In this document: piece by piece, positions 50,214 to 59,416 of the stretch
How positions within the stretch are numbered: the first letter of the stretch is position 1
Layout of the letters: each line of letters starts with the position of its first letter
NCBI GenBank assembly: GCA_040384705.1
Contig: JAZKIU010000001.1
Span: forward strand, 89,907 to 153,906
Length of the DNA stretch: 64,000 nt
Source: Patescibacteria group bacterium
GTDB taxonomy: Bacteria > Patescibacteriota > Minisyncoccia > Phycocordibacterales > Phycocordibacteraceae
Direction: 5' to 3'
Made by a program: the position numbers and the translations under genes
Notes under the pieces: generated by a model
Told to the model about the DNA's origin: nothing
Databases searched by the model: none
Seen by the model: only the letters and a program-made list of their open reading frames with translations

Positions 50214-50468
50214 ATGCCTACGGTACCTCGACCGCCGCCGACCGCGGAACGTCGGGAAGAGATAAATCGCTTCCACGGGGCTAGCCAGGCTCTTTATGGG
50301 GTGATTCTTGAGCCTGCCGAAGTAGAGCCGCTCGAGTTAGAGCACAAAGACTCGGAGTACTACGAGAACGTCAATCTGTGGCGATTCAAGGCAGGCGAGA
50401 AAAAGGATGGCAAGAGTGTAGGGGGAAGGTTTACGAAAAGACCTACATGGGCGCTGGGACGGCCGTGA
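50214..50468 (+). CDS. Hypothetical protein
   Basis: AGGGAG SD; hairpin at 50460-50483 plus T-tract. Confidence 0.5.
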   Translation: MPTVPRPPPTAERREEINRFHGASQALYGVILEPAEVEPLELEHKDSEYYENVNLWRFKAGEKKDGKSVGGRFTKRPTWALGRP

Positions 50469-50541
50469 GGAAACTCGCGGCCGTTTTACATTTAGGACGC
50501 GCGATGCTTAACTCAGGGTCGGTCAGTGAGGGAGATCTATC

Positions 50542-50766
50542 GTGTTCGAATGCATTGCTGTGCGCCCGGACGTGCAGAAATTGGATGATGATGTATGCGG
50601 ATTGTGCCCGAGTCCGCTCATCGGGAAGGACTCGGAGAACGCATTCCGGTTGCGCATCGGCTTCGAAATCGACTACGTCTGCGATGCGTGCGCGAAGCAC
50701 GAACAGGAGACGGAAGGGGAACGCTGTATTTTCATGCTCATGCTGCCGCTCCAAGCAGCTGCGTGA
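50542..50766 (+). CDS. Small putative zinc-binding protein
   Basis: Two CxxC motifs (CGLC, CDAC); GAGGGAG SD; hairpin at 50772-50799. Confidence 0.5.
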   Translation: MFECIAVRPDVQKLDDDVCGLCPSPLIGKDSENAFRLRIGFEIDYVCDACAKHEQETEGERCIFMLMLPLQAAA

Positions 50767-50903
50767 GCGCAAACGGGACCGCGTACGCGCGGTCCCGTTC
50801 CTTGATTCAGGGCAGGGAATGCGGTTAAATCTATATGGGCGTTCATTGTGCGCCAGCCGCGGAAGCGGCGCTTTGCGTTTACTGACTATCACAGGGGAAA
50901 AGA

Positions 50904-51146
50904 GTGCTGGGCCGACTGATCAACTGGTTGAAAGATCGTGAAGAAGAGCGACGGGATAATGACCTCTCCTCGCTAAGCGGGCAGATAAGATCGCTTCGCG
51001 AGCGGACAGGGTATTATGTGGCACCGCCGGTGCCGAAATTCCCGCTCGATAGGCATATCTGCGAACTTGTACGCAGCTTCAGGAAAAAGGCTGCCCGGTA
51101 CGGTATGTGCCCTGAAGCCGCGGCGAAGCAGTACGGCATCAATTAG
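50904..51146 (+). CDS. Hypothetical protein
   Basis: AGGGGA SD with GTG start; hairpin at 51166-51193. Confidence 0.5.
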   Translation: MLGRLINWLKDREEERRDNDLSSLSGQIRSLRERTGYYVAPPVPKFPLDRHICELVRSFRKKAARYGMCPEAAAKQYGIN

Positions 51147-51211
51147 GCTCTGTGGCCTAAGATTCAAGGCCTCGCGGCGACGCGAGGCCTTTTGACTGCT
51201 TGGTCGAGTAT

Positions 51212-51334
51212 TTGCATGTTCTGGAGGGGTCATGTAGAGTGCCTCTATCGCTACGTACGGCTCCGGCCGGACCAATGGCCGGGAAGTCCGTTTCGGACCG
51301 AACGCGCTGTTGAAGGCGCGCTTTATTTTTGCCC
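51212..51334 (+). promoter_or_regulatory. rplC promoter and structured leader
   Basis: TTGCAT-17-TAGAGT; three hairpins followed by a U-rich tract. Confidence 0.6.
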
Positions 51335-51952
51335 ATGAAATTCCTCATCGCCCGCAAGGACCGCATGACCCAGATCTTCCATGAAGACGGGCGTGTTTCG
51401 GCGTGCACCATCCTCAAGACCGGTCCTTTGGAGGTGACCCAGGTGAAGACCCCGGAAACCGATGGCTATTCAGCCGTCCAGGTCGGTTTCGGGACGCAAA
51501 AGGAAGCGCGCGTGAATAAGGCCCAGCTCGGCCACACCAAGGGCAAGGCATTCAAGGGTATGAAGGAGTTCCGGACCGAGGCGGGCGAGCTCGCGGTAGG
51601 TTCCGAGATAACTCCAGATGTGTTCGCGGAGGGTGACGTAGTCACTGTATCGGGCACCGTGAAGGGTCGCGGCTTCGCGGGCGTGGTGAAGCGCCACGGC
51701 TTCCATGGCGGTCGCCGTTCGCACGGTCAGAAGCACTCCGAGCGCGAGCCAGGCTCCATCGGTGGCGGTGGTCGTGCCGGCGGTCGCGTTGCGAAGGGTA
51801 TGCGCATGGGCGGGCGCATGGGCGGGAACCGTATCAGCGTGTCGAACCTGAAGGTCCTTCGCGTCGATACGACCCGCGGTGAGATCCTCATCTCGGGCGC
51901 TATCCCGGGAGCTCCCGGCTCGCTCGTCGAGGTCATAAGCCAGAACGCGTAA
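51335..51952 (+). CDS. rplC: 50S ribosomal protein L3
   Basis: MTQIF, DGYSAVQVG, KGRGFAGVVKRHGF and GRMG motifs. Confidence 0.97.
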   Translation: MKFLIARKDRMTQIFHEDGRVSACTILKTGPLEVTQVKTPETDGYSAVQVGFGTQKEARVNKAQLGHTKGKAFKGMKEFRTEAGELAVGSEITPDVFAEGDVVTVSGTVKGRGFAGVVKRHGFHGGRRSHGQKHSEREPGSIGGGGRAGGRVAKGMRMGGRMGGNRISVSNLKVLRVDTTRGEILISGAIPGAPGSLVEVISQNA

Positions 51953-51962
51953 TTTTAATACT

Positions 51963-52742
51963 ATGGCAACCGTAAAGAAAACCGTCGCAAAGAAGGCCCC
52001 AGCCAAGAAGACCTCACCTAAGAAGGTGGTCACGGCTGCAGCCGCGCCTAAGGCGGAGAAGAAGGTCGTCTCGGCGTCCGAAGCCACCATCTACGACATG
52101 AAGGGAGCTTCCACAGGCACCATCGCGCTTCCTGCAGAGATCTTCGCGCAGCCGTGGAAGGCAGACCTTGTGCACCAGGTCGTCGTCGGTATGCAGGCGA
52201 ACGCTCGCCCGACCATCGCGCACACCAAGTTCCGCGGCGAGGTGTCCGGAGGCGGTAAGAAGCCATGGAAGCAGAAGGGTACGGGCCGCGCTCGTCACGG
52301 TTCCAACCGTTCCCCGATCTGGAAGGGCGGTGGTGTGACCCACGGTCCACGCGCAGAGAAGATCTACGCAGTGAAGATCAACCGCAAGATGCGTGCCGCA
52401 GCGCTCGCATCCGTACTCTCACGCAAGTGGAGGGATGGAGAGATCGTCTTCGTTGACTCTCTTTCGCTCGGAAAGCCCGCAACCAAGGACGCGAAGAACG
52501 CGCTCATCGCAATCGCTAACGCATCCGGGATGCAGGGCCTCGTCACCAAGCGTAAGAACGCCGCAGTGGTCGCGCTCTCGCAGAAGGACGCGAACATCGA
52601 GAAGTCGTTCCGCAACATGGGCCATCTCATGACGGAGGAAGTGCGCAACCTCAACCCGGTCGACCTCATGAACAAGAAGTTCCTTGTTATCGAGAACCCA
52701 GCGGTCTCGCTTCCGGTCCTGTCCGCCCGTCTCTCTAAATAA
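51963..52742 (+). CDS. rplD: 50S ribosomal protein L4 (N-terminal K/A/P extension)
   Basis: EVSGGGKKPWKQKGTGRARHGS. Confidence 0.97.
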   Translation: MATVKKTVAKKAPAKKTSPKKVVTAAAAPKAEKKVVSASEATIYDMKGASTGTIALPAEIFAQPWKADLVHQVVVGMQANARPTIAHTKFRGEVSGGGKKPWKQKGTGRARHGSNRSPIWKGGGVTHGPRAEKIYAVKINRKMRAAALASVLSRKWRDGEIVFVDSLSLGKPATKDAKNALIAIANASGMQGLVTKRKNAAVVALSQKDANIEKSFRNMGHLMTEEVRNLNPVDLMNKKFLVIENPAVSLPVLSARLSK

Positions 52743-52748
52743 ACGCAT

Positions 52749-53117
52749 ATGGCACTTTTCTCATCCGACAAGAATACGAAGAAGGCGCGCGTTTCGAAGG
52801 CGCCGGTGCGCCGCGGTGTTCTCAACCCTGCTGACGATCGCATCGCGAACGTCCTCAAGGCTCCTTGGTTCTCCGAGAAGGCGCTCATTGGCACCGAGAA
52901 CGGCGTCTATGTCTTCGAGGTACCTCCTGCAGTCACCAAGCACGACGTCATGAACGCCATCGAGAAGATCTATAAGGTCACTCCAGTGAAGGTGAACATG
53001 GTGAACCTTCCAGCCAAGAAGGTCTCGATGCGCACGAAGCGCGGTGTCGGCACCCGTGCCCGCCGTCACAAGGCGTACGTATACCTCAAGAAGGGGGAGA
53101 CCATCACGTTCGCATAG
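52749..53117 (+). CDS. rplW: 50S ribosomal protein L23
   Basis: P.FSEK, YVFEV and KAYVYL motifs; operon position. Confidence 0.94.
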   Translation: MALFSSDKNTKKARVSKAPVRRGVLNPADDRIANVLKAPWFSEKALIGTENGVYVFEVPPAVTKHDVMNAIEKIYKVTPVKVNMVNLPAKKVSMRTKRGVGTRARRHKAYVYLKKGETITFA

Positions 53118-53127
53118 CATTTGAAAT

Positions 53128-53973
53128 ATGAAATCATTCAAGCCAACCTCCAAGAGCCGCCGCCAGATGACCGTTGTCACGTACAAGGGCGTGCTTTCGG
53201 GTGACAAGCCATTCAAGAGCCTGCTCTCGGCCAACAAGAACCGTGCTGGCCGCAACAACGCGGGCCGCATCACCACGCGTCATCAGGGTGGGGGGTCCAA
53301 GCGCCGTCTCCGCGATGTCGATTTCAAGTACGACAAGCGCGATATCCCAGCGAAGATTGAGACCGTCGAGTACGACCCGTACCGCACTGCCTTCATCGGC
53401 CGCGCGCTCTACGCTGACGGCGCTCGTCGCTACGTCACGCTCCCGAAGGAGCTCAAGGTCGGCGATTCGTTCGTCGTGGGCGACAACGTACCGGTGAAGA
53501 TCGGTAACCGTATGCCGCTCGGGAAGATCCCATCGGGAACCTTCATATACAACGTCGAGCTTCAGGCAGGCGCAGGTGCTCGTATCGCACGCTCCGCCGG
53601 TAACTATGCGGAAGTCGTCGCGCATGACGCAGGATACGCGCAGGTGAAGCTTCCCTCGACCGAGATCCGCAAGATATCCGAGCGCTGCTTCGCATCCATC
53701 GGTGCTGTGGGTAACGAGGAGAAGCGCCTTGAGGTGTACGGAAAGGCCGGTAAGTCGCGTTGGAAGGGTATTCGCCCTACGGTCCGTGGTACCGCCATGA
53801 ACCCGGTAGACCACCCTCACGGAGGTGGTGAAGGTAAGCAGGGTCGCGGACTCCGCCGCGCAAAGAGCATGTGGGGCAAGCCGACCGGCAAGGGACAGAA
53901 GACCCGCACGCCGAAGAAGCACTCCAACAAGTTCATCGTTTCGCGCCGAAAGGTTGGCAAGAAGCGAGGATAG
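53128..53973 (+). CDS. rplB: 50S ribosomal protein L2
   Basis: GRNNAGRIT, EYDPYR and RPTVRGTAMNPVDHPHGGGEG motifs. Confidence 0.98.
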   Translation: MKSFKPTSKSRRQMTVVTYKGVLSGDKPFKSLLSANKNRAGRNNAGRITTRHQGGGSKRRLRDVDFKYDKRDIPAKIETVEYDPYRTAFIGRALYADGARRYVTLPKELKVGDSFVVGDNVPVKIGNRMPLGKIPSGTFIYNVELQAGAGARIARSAGNYAEVVAHDAGYAQVKLPSTEIRKISERCFASIGAVGNEEKRLEVYGKAGKSRWKGIRPTVRGTAMNPVDHPHGGGEGKQGRGLRRAKSMWGKPTGKGQKTRTPKKHSNKFIVSRRKVGKKRG

Positions 53974-53980
53974 AAGCCTC

Positions 53981-54021
53981 GAAAAGAAAAAGCCATCCCG
54001 CGAGGGATGGCTTTTTCTTTC
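53981..54021. terminator. Bidirectional terminator after rplB
   Basis: AAAGAAAAAGCCATCCC-GCGA-GGGATGGCTTTTTCTTT. Confidence 0.88.
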
Positions 54022-54031
54022 TATATGTAGA

Positions 54032-54472
54032 TTAGAGCGACACGCGAAGTAATCGAACCACCTCGTGAAGTTCTTCGTCAGTCGAGGCGGGTCGTTGGTC
54101 TACCGGGATAGGGCGATATATGAATTCGCGAGGTTCGTAGTTGTGCACGCCCGCGTCGCCTTCCTGGCGGGGAAGCATATGTAGATGGAAGTGCGGAACG
54201 GACTGACCGCCTATCTTCTCCTCGTTCCATGCATAATTGAAGCCCTCTGCTCCGAACGCTTTCTTAAGACCGGCATGCAATTTCATGCGAAGCTCCTCGA
54301 TAGCATCTCTTTCAGTGCTCGCGAGGTCCTCGTAGTAGGTCACGTGCCGCTTCGGGGCGATGAGCATGTGGCCCGGCACGATAGGCGCGTTCGTAGGGAA
54401 TGCGCGAGCAAGATCGTTCTCTATTATCGTTCGTTCGGCTAGTTGAGCCGCATCGCAGAAGGGGCAATCCAT
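54032..54472 (-). CDS. HIT family protein
   Basis: CPFC, PGHMLIAPKRH and GQSVPHFHLHMLPR motifs. Confidence 0.92.
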   Translation of the reverse strand: MDCPFCDAAQLAERTIIENDLARAFPTNAPIVPGHMLIAPKRHVTYYEDLASTERDAIEELRMKLHAGLKKAFGAEGFNYAWNEEKIGGQSVPHFHLHMLPRQEGDAGVHNYEPREFIYRPIPVDQRPASTDEELHEVVRLLRVSL

Positions 54473-54476
54473 GAAG

Positions 54477-55283
54477 TTACTGGGGCAGATACTGGGATTG
54501 GAGGATATCGCTCAAACGCGAGAGCTTTATGGGAAGCGTTACCGTGCCGAGCGCGTACGGACCGACCTGGTACGGAGCGAAGAGGAATGTAAGGGTGTCG
54601 CCCTCAAGATAGAAGGCTTGGAAATGCACGTCCCTCGGCATAGTGCCCTCCGCGATGAATCCAGACTCGGAGAATCCTCCCATTACCTTCGGGAGATCGG
54701 CGCGCGAGATTTCTGAAAGACGATACAGATAGCCGCTACCTGCAGTGAATAGGTCAGCGAGCTCGATCTGCGTTCCCGTTGTTTTGTCGAAGGTGAAGGT
54801 TACGGGCACCGCGATGCCGTGCGCTCCGCCGGTGTAGCTTGCGGACGTGAATACATACGTAACGGTGCGTTCGCTGCTCTTCTTCCCATAGGTTATGGAA
54901 AGCTCGGAAGAGCTTAGGGTAGCCGGAATCTCATCGCCTCGGTTCGCGAAATCCTCAATTGCTGCCTCGTTTTCCTTTGCGTATGCCTTGAATTCAGTGA
55001 CTGCGGTATCGACCCATGCCTTCATCGTGTTCTCCGCTCCGACTCCAGCATCGCTCCGGCTGCTAAGGGGAAATGAGATGTTGGTCGGATAGGTGACGTC
55101 AATGGTGTAGTACTTGGAATCCTCGCGCATGTTCTTGGGTGTCTCCGATTCAAGCTCGATCGGGGGGTCTTGGGTGACAGGAACCACGGGAGCTGGGTGC
55201 GTTGCCATGTACCAGCCGGTAAGTCCGAGCACGAGAGCCACGAAGCCGAGCGCACCGATGAATGAGGGGTTCTTTATATCCAT
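54477..55283 (-). CDS. RsiV/PdaC-like (DUF3298/DUF4163) membrane-anchored protein
   Basis: N-terminal TM; YTGGAHG and F.PYQVGPYALG motifs. Confidence 0.8.
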   Translation of the reverse strand: MDIKNPSFIGALGFVALVLGLTGWYMATHPAPVVPVTQDPPIELESETPKNMREDSKYYTIDVTYPTNISFPLSSRSDAGVGAENTMKAWVDTAVTEFKAYAKENEAAIEDFANRGDEIPATLSSSELSITYGKKSSERTVTYVFTSASYTGGAHGIAVPVTFTFDKTTGTQIELADLFTAGSGYLYRLSEISRADLPKVMGGFSESGFIAEGTMPRDVHFQAFYLEGDTLTFLFAPYQVGPYALGTVTLPIKLSRLSDILQSQYLPQ

Positions 55284-55358
55284 AGGGAAAGTATACTCCC
55301 ATCAAATCGAAAGGGGTCCGCGTGCAGACGCAGACCCCTCAAATTTCTTCCCGGGAAC

Positions 55359-55550
55359 CTAACCCGGGCGATCCCGAACGAGATTCCCCGGGACGCCGTA
55401 GATAATGCGCTGCATGCGGTCCTCTCGTGGGCCAAACAGCCGCACCAAGCAGCCCTTTTCCGGCCCCGGTTCCGAAGTTGTCGGGTGTGTGACCCCTTCG
55501 CCCGGCCTGGTTTCGTTGTCAGCCTGCTCCTTGAGCCAGCTATTTTTCAT
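55359..55550 (-). CDS. Small hypothetical protein
   Basis: GGGAGG SD; hairpin at 55312-55339 downstream. Confidence 0.45.
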   Translation of the reverse strand: MKNSWLKEQADNETRPGEGVTHPTTSEPGPEKGCLVRLFGPREDRMQRIIYGVPGNLVRDRPG

Positions 55551-55598
55551 GGCATTCCTCCCGCTACCTGCTCAAAACCTAGCATAGAGGCCCAAAGT

Positions 55599-55627
55599 TT
55601 GACACCGACCGCCGTTTCATATAGATT
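55599..55627 (+). promoter_or_regulatory. sigma70 promoter of rpsS-rplE
   Basis: TTGACA-17-TAGATT. Confidence 0.75.
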
Positions 55628-55661
55628 TTACCTATCCCGCGCAGCGGGCTTTTAGTTACCC

Positions 55662-56009
55662 ATGTCTCGATCACTCAAGAAAGGACCCTTCGTGGACGTA
55701 AAGCTCATGAAGAAAATCCAGGACAAGAAACCCGCCTCCGCGGGGGTCATTAAGACGTGGGCACGTAGGAGCCAAATTGCGCCTGAAATGGTCGGATTCA
55801 CCTTCGGGGTCCACAACGGCAAGAGCCATGTGGAGGTCCTCGTCTCGGAAGAGATGGTAGGGCACCGTCTCGGGGAATTCTCCCCGACCAAGAAGTTCGT
55901 CCGTCACGGAGGTAAGATGCAGAAGCAGCTTGAGCAGAAGAAGCAGCAGACCGAGATCGCAGCTGCGAAGGCTGCTAAGGCCGCACCCGCTCCTGCCAAG
56001 AAGAAATAA
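55662..56009 (+). CDS. rpsS: 30S ribosomal protein S19 (C-terminal extension)
   Basis: [12 protein letters not shown] and [12 protein letters not shown] motifs. Confidence 0.97.
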   Translation: MSRSLKKGPFVDVKLMKKIQDKKPASAGVIKTWARRSQIAPEMVGFTFGVHNGKSHVEVLVSEEMVGHRLGEFSPTKKFVRHGGKMQKQLEQKKQQTEIAAAKAAKAAPAPAKKK

Positions 56010-56012
56010 TCT

Positions 56013-56402
56013 ATGGCATCCAAAGGAACCCAGAAGAATAAGGTCGCGCGCGTGCCGGCAGCAAGCACTGCGGAACTTTCCACGTACAACCAGTCGCCCC
56101 GCAAGGTGCGCCTCGTGACCGACCTCGTGAAGGGCAAGTCCGTGACCGATGCCGTGAACGCCCTCGCCTTCCTCCCGAAGCGCGCGTCCCTTCCTATAAA
56201 GAAGCTCATCGAGTCGGCAGCAGCTAATGCCAAGCAGAAAGGGGAGGACGTCGAGACCCTCCGCGTGTCCGATATCCGCGTCGACTCCGCAGGCATGCTC
56301 GTCCGCTACATGCCGCGTGCCATGGGCCGCGCAGCCCCTATCCGCAAGCGTCGTAGCCGCGTCGTCGTGACGCTCCGCGCCGATAAGAAGGCAGCCGCAT
56401 AA
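56013..56402 (+). CDS. rplV: 50S ribosomal protein L22
   Basis: SPRKVRLV, SAAANA and PRAMGRA motifs. Confidence 0.96.
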   Translation: MASKGTQKNKVARVPAASTAELSTYNQSPRKVRLVTDLVKGKSVTDAVNALAFLPKRASLPIKKLIESAAANAKQKGEDVETLRVSDIRVDSAGMLVRYMPRAMGRAAPIRKRRSRVVVTLRADKKAAA

Positions 56403-56410
56403 CTTTCGAT

Positions 56411-57109
56411 ATGACCCACACCGTACATCCTTACGCGCACCGCCTCGGCATCATCCGTGATTGGAAGAGCCGTTGGTTCGCTACCGATAAGAAATCCTTC
56501 CGCGAGAACCTCGCGGTGGATGCGGCTATCCGTGCATACCTCAAGAAGAAGCTCCGCTCGATGTACATCTCCGACATCGAGATAGAGCGCACCGCAGCCG
56601 AGGTCCGCGTCATCCTCCACACCGCGCGCCCCGGTCTCGTCATCGGCCGCTCGGGCGAGAACGCTACCAAGCTCCGCACCGAGCTCACGAAGCTCGTGAA
56701 GAAGCTCTCGCCAGCGCCAGCCCGCGCCGTGAAGCTCGACATCATGGAAATCCGCCAGCCGGAGACCGATGCCGCGGTCGTGGCGTACATGGTCGCTGAA
56801 GGCCTCGAGAAGCGCATGCCGTTCCGCCGCGTCCTCAAGTCCACCGTGGAGAAGGTCATGGCCGTTCGCGAGGTGCTCGGCGTGCGCGTCGTTGTGTCGG
56901 GTCGCCTCGGTGGCGCTGACATGAGCCGCACCGAGCAGATAAAGCGGGGTCGTATCCCGCTTCAGACCTTCCGCGCGAACATCGGCTACGCAGAGGAGCG
57001 CGCGTTCCTTCCGTACGGCACCATCGGCATCAAGGTGTGGATCTACCTCGGCGAGACCTTCAATGAGAAGGACCGCGTAGCGACGCCTCGCGCCGCTGTA
57101 ACTAAGTAA
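56411..57109 (+). CDS. rpsC: 30S ribosomal protein S3
   Basis: RLGIIRDWKSRWF, ARPGLVIGR, SGRLGGA and GIKVWI motifs. Confidence 0.97.
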   Translation: MTHTVHPYAHRLGIIRDWKSRWFATDKKSFRENLAVDAAIRAYLKKKLRSMYISDIEIERTAAEVRVILHTARPGLVIGRSGENATKLRTELTKLVKKLSPAPARAVKLDIMEIRQPETDAAVVAYMVAEGLEKRMPFRRVLKSTVEKVMAVREVLGVRVVVSGRLGGADMSRTEQIKRGRIPLQTFRANIGYAEERAFLPYGTIGIKVWIYLGETFNEKDRVATPRAAVTK

Positions 57110-57116
57110 TACTGGT

Positions 57117-57539
57117 ATGTTGTTCCCGAAAAAGGTAAAGCATCGCAAGTGGCAGACCGGACGCAAGTCCCCGGAGCGTCTTGCGCGTCCCGAGACCCGC
57201 GGCATCACCGTGGCCTTCGGTTCCTACGGCCTCAAGGCGACCACTCCTTCGCGCATCACCTCGAACCAGATCGAGGCAGCCCGCAAGGTGCTTACCCGCG
57301 TTACGGGAAAGGGCGGCAAGCTCTGGATCCGCATCTTCCCGGACCGTCCAATCACCAACAAGCCTGCCGAAGTCGGCATGGGTAAGGGTAAGGGCGATCC
57401 CAAGCACTTCGTGTTCGAGGTGCGTCCAGGCCGCGTGCTCTTCGAGCTCGATGGCGTGGAGGACGTGAAGGCGCGCGATGCGCTCCGCCGCGCGGGCGCA
57501 AAGCTTCCTCTTAAGACGACCGTCGTCACCCGCGGCTAA
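57117..57539 (+). CDS. rplP: 50S ribosomal protein L16
   Basis: QIEAAR, WIRIFPD and MGKGKG motifs. Confidence 0.97.
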   Translation: MLFPKKVKHRKWQTGRKSPERLARPETRGITVAFGSYGLKATTPSRITSNQIEAARKVLTRVTGKGGKLWIRIFPDRPITNKPAEVGMGKGKGDPKHFVFEVRPGRVLFELDGVEDVKARDALRRAGAKLPLKTTVVTRG

Positions 57540-57545
57540 ACTCAT

Positions 57546-57743
57546 ATGGCTAAGAAAATCTCATTCAAGGAAAAGGATATGGTGGAGCTCAAGAAGCTTC
57601 TCGGCGAGAAGCGTGAAGAGCTTCGCCAGGCGCGTTTTGCCGCTACCGGCGCCCGCGTGAAGGACGTGAACCACGCAGGTAAGGTTCGCAAGGATATCGC
57701 ACGCATCTTGACGGAAATGACCGTAAAGACTAAGACCGTATAA
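57546..57743 (+). CDS. rpmC: 50S ribosomal protein L29
   Basis: RKDIARILT motif; operon position. Confidence 0.93.
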   Translation: MAKKISFKEKDMVELKKLLGEKREELRQARFAATGARVKDVNHAGKVRKDIARILTEMTVKTKTV

Positions 57744-57751
57744 CACTTACT

Positions 57752-57994
57752 ATGGACACCCACATCTCCAAGCCCCAGACCTTCACTGGAACCGTCGTCA
57801 AGACGGCCATGAAGGACACGGCCACGGTCGCCGTATCCCGCTACGTGAAGCACCCGAAGTACAAGAAGTACCAGGTGAAGACCCAGAAGTTCCTCGTCGA
57901 TGACCCAGGCAACACCGTTGCGGTGGGAGACGCGGTCACTATCGTAGCTACCCGCCCTATCTCGAAGCGTAAGTCGTTCAAGATCGCTAAATAA
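57752..57994 (+). CDS. rpsQ: 30S ribosomal protein S17
   Basis: HPKYKK and TRPISKRK motifs. Confidence 0.95.
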   Translation: MDTHISKPQTFTGTVVKTAMKDTATVAVSRYVKHPKYKKYQVKTQKFLVDDPGNTVAVGDAVTIVATRPISKRKSFKIAK

Positions 57995-58000
57995 ACTTTT

Positions 58001-58378
58001 ATGGTACAGCCCCAGTCCATCGTTAAAGTTGCAGACAATTCAGGCGCCACCGTTGCGCGTGTCTTCAAGGTGCTTGGGGGCTCGAAGCGCCGCTACGCCG
58101 AGATAGGCGACGTCGTCGTCGTGTCGGTCCAGACCGCGCAGCCTCGCAAGGCGGTGAAGAAGAAGGATATATACAAGGCAGTCGTCGTGCGCCAGAGGAA
58201 GCCCTTCCGCCGCGCCAACGGCATCTACGTGAAGTTCGACGACAACGCCGTCGTCCTCATCGAGAAGCAGGGTAAGGAGATGGGCCCGAAGGGGAACCGT
58301 GTCTTCGGTCCAGTGCCACGCGACTTGGTCGAAAAGGGATGGCAGAACATAGCGTCGCTCGCGCCTGAGGTCGTCTAA
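58001..58378 (+). CDS. rplN: 50S ribosomal protein L14
   Basis: VADNSGA, FDDNAVV and SLAPEV motifs. Confidence 0.97.
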   Translation: MVQPQSIVKVADNSGATVARVFKVLGGSKRRYAEIGDVVVVSVQTAQPRKAVKKKDIYKAVVVRQRKPFRRANGIYVKFDDNAVVLIEKQGKEMGPKGNRVFGPVPRDLVEKGWQNIASLAPEVV

Positions 58379-58389
58379 CCAATTTCAAT

Positions 58390-58734
58390 ATGTCTAAAGC
58401 ATCAGCCGGCAAGCAGACCGCCAAGTTCAAGATCAAGAAGGGTGACCATGTCATCGTGGTTTCGGGCAAGGATAAGGGCAAGGTAGGGCAGGTAACCCGC
58501 GTACTTCCTCAGGAGGCGAAGATCGTCGTCGACGGCGTCGGCATGGTCAAGCGCCACCTGAAGAGCGCTGGCCGCGGCCAGTCCGGTCGCATCGTCGAGC
58601 GCCCGCGCGCCATCGCCATCAGCAACGTCATGGTTCAGGACCCCAAGGACAAGAAGGGGACCCGCGTGAAGCGCGAGACCAAGGACGGAAAGAACACCCG
58701 CGTCACCGTGAAGAGCGGCACCGCACTCGCGTAA
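58390..58734 (+). CDS. rplX: 50S ribosomal protein L24
   Basis: KOW motif IKKGDHVIVVSGKDKGK; ISNV. Confidence 0.95.
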   Translation: MSKASAGKQTAKFKIKKGDHVIVVSGKDKGKVGQVTRVLPQEAKIVVDGVGMVKRHLKSAGRGQSGRIVERPRAIAISNVMVQDPKDKKGTRVKRETKDGKNTRVTVKSGTALA

Positions 58735-58744
58735 GCAACTATCT

Positions 58745-59287
58745 ATGATCATCTCAAAAGAAAAGCAGGCGAGCGCATTCGATTCCCTCAAGGAGAAGTT
58801 CGGCTATACGAACGTCTTCGCGTCCCCACGCCTCGTGAAGATAATCGTCTCCACCGGTGTCGGTAAGGCGGATAAGAACCGCAAGGCGGTTATCGAGGAG
58901 CGTCTCGCACGCATCACCGGCCAGAAGGCATCGCCGCGCGCCGCTAAGCAGTCCATCGCGCAGTTCAAGATGCGACAGGGCGATGTCGTCGGATACCAGG
59001 TCACCATGCGCGGCAACCGCATGAACGACTTCCTCGATAAGCTCATACACATCGCGCTTCCTCGTACGCGCGACTTCCGCGGCCTCAACGCGACCGCGAT
59101 CGATGACATGGGCAACCTCACCATCGGCATCAAGGACAACACCATCTTCCCTGAGACCTCGGACGAGGACCTCAAGGATGTGTTCGGACTCGCCATCACC
59201 CTCGTGACCACTGCGAAGACTAAGGAAGAGGCAGAAGCATTCTTCCGTCACCTGGGTCTTCCGCTGAAAGTCGCTGTAGAGGCGTAG
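58745..59287 (+). CDS. rplE: 50S ribosomal protein L5
   Basis: ITGQK, LPRTRDFRG and IFPE motifs. Confidence 0.97.
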   Translation: MIISKEKQASAFDSLKEKFGYTNVFASPRLVKIIVSTGVGKADKNRKAVIEERLARITGQKASPRAAKQSIAQFKMRQGDVVGYQVTMRGNRMNDFLDKLIHIALPRTRDFRGLNATAIDDMGNLTIGIKDNTIFPETSDEDLKDVFGLAITLVTTAKTKEEAEAFFRHLGLPLKVAVEA

Positions 59288-59297
59288 ATAAGCCCTC

Positions 59298-59335
59298 GAA
59301 GAAAGCCCCTGGACACATGTCCGGGGGCTTTCTTC
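59298..59335 (+). terminator. Terminator after rplE
   Basis: GAAGAAAGCCCCTGGACA-CA-TGTCCGGGGGCTTTCTTC. Confidence 0.8.
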
Positions 59336-59416
59336 ATAAATCACTCGCTTTTCTGGAAAAGTGGTACAGTGGCCCCGGATTCATATGGTCGCAAGACCGC
59401 AAGGACAGGGATAAAC

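Noticed and set aside
49674-51193. Integron cassette array
   Set aside because: No integrase and no attC core sites visible; kept only as an analogy in the findings
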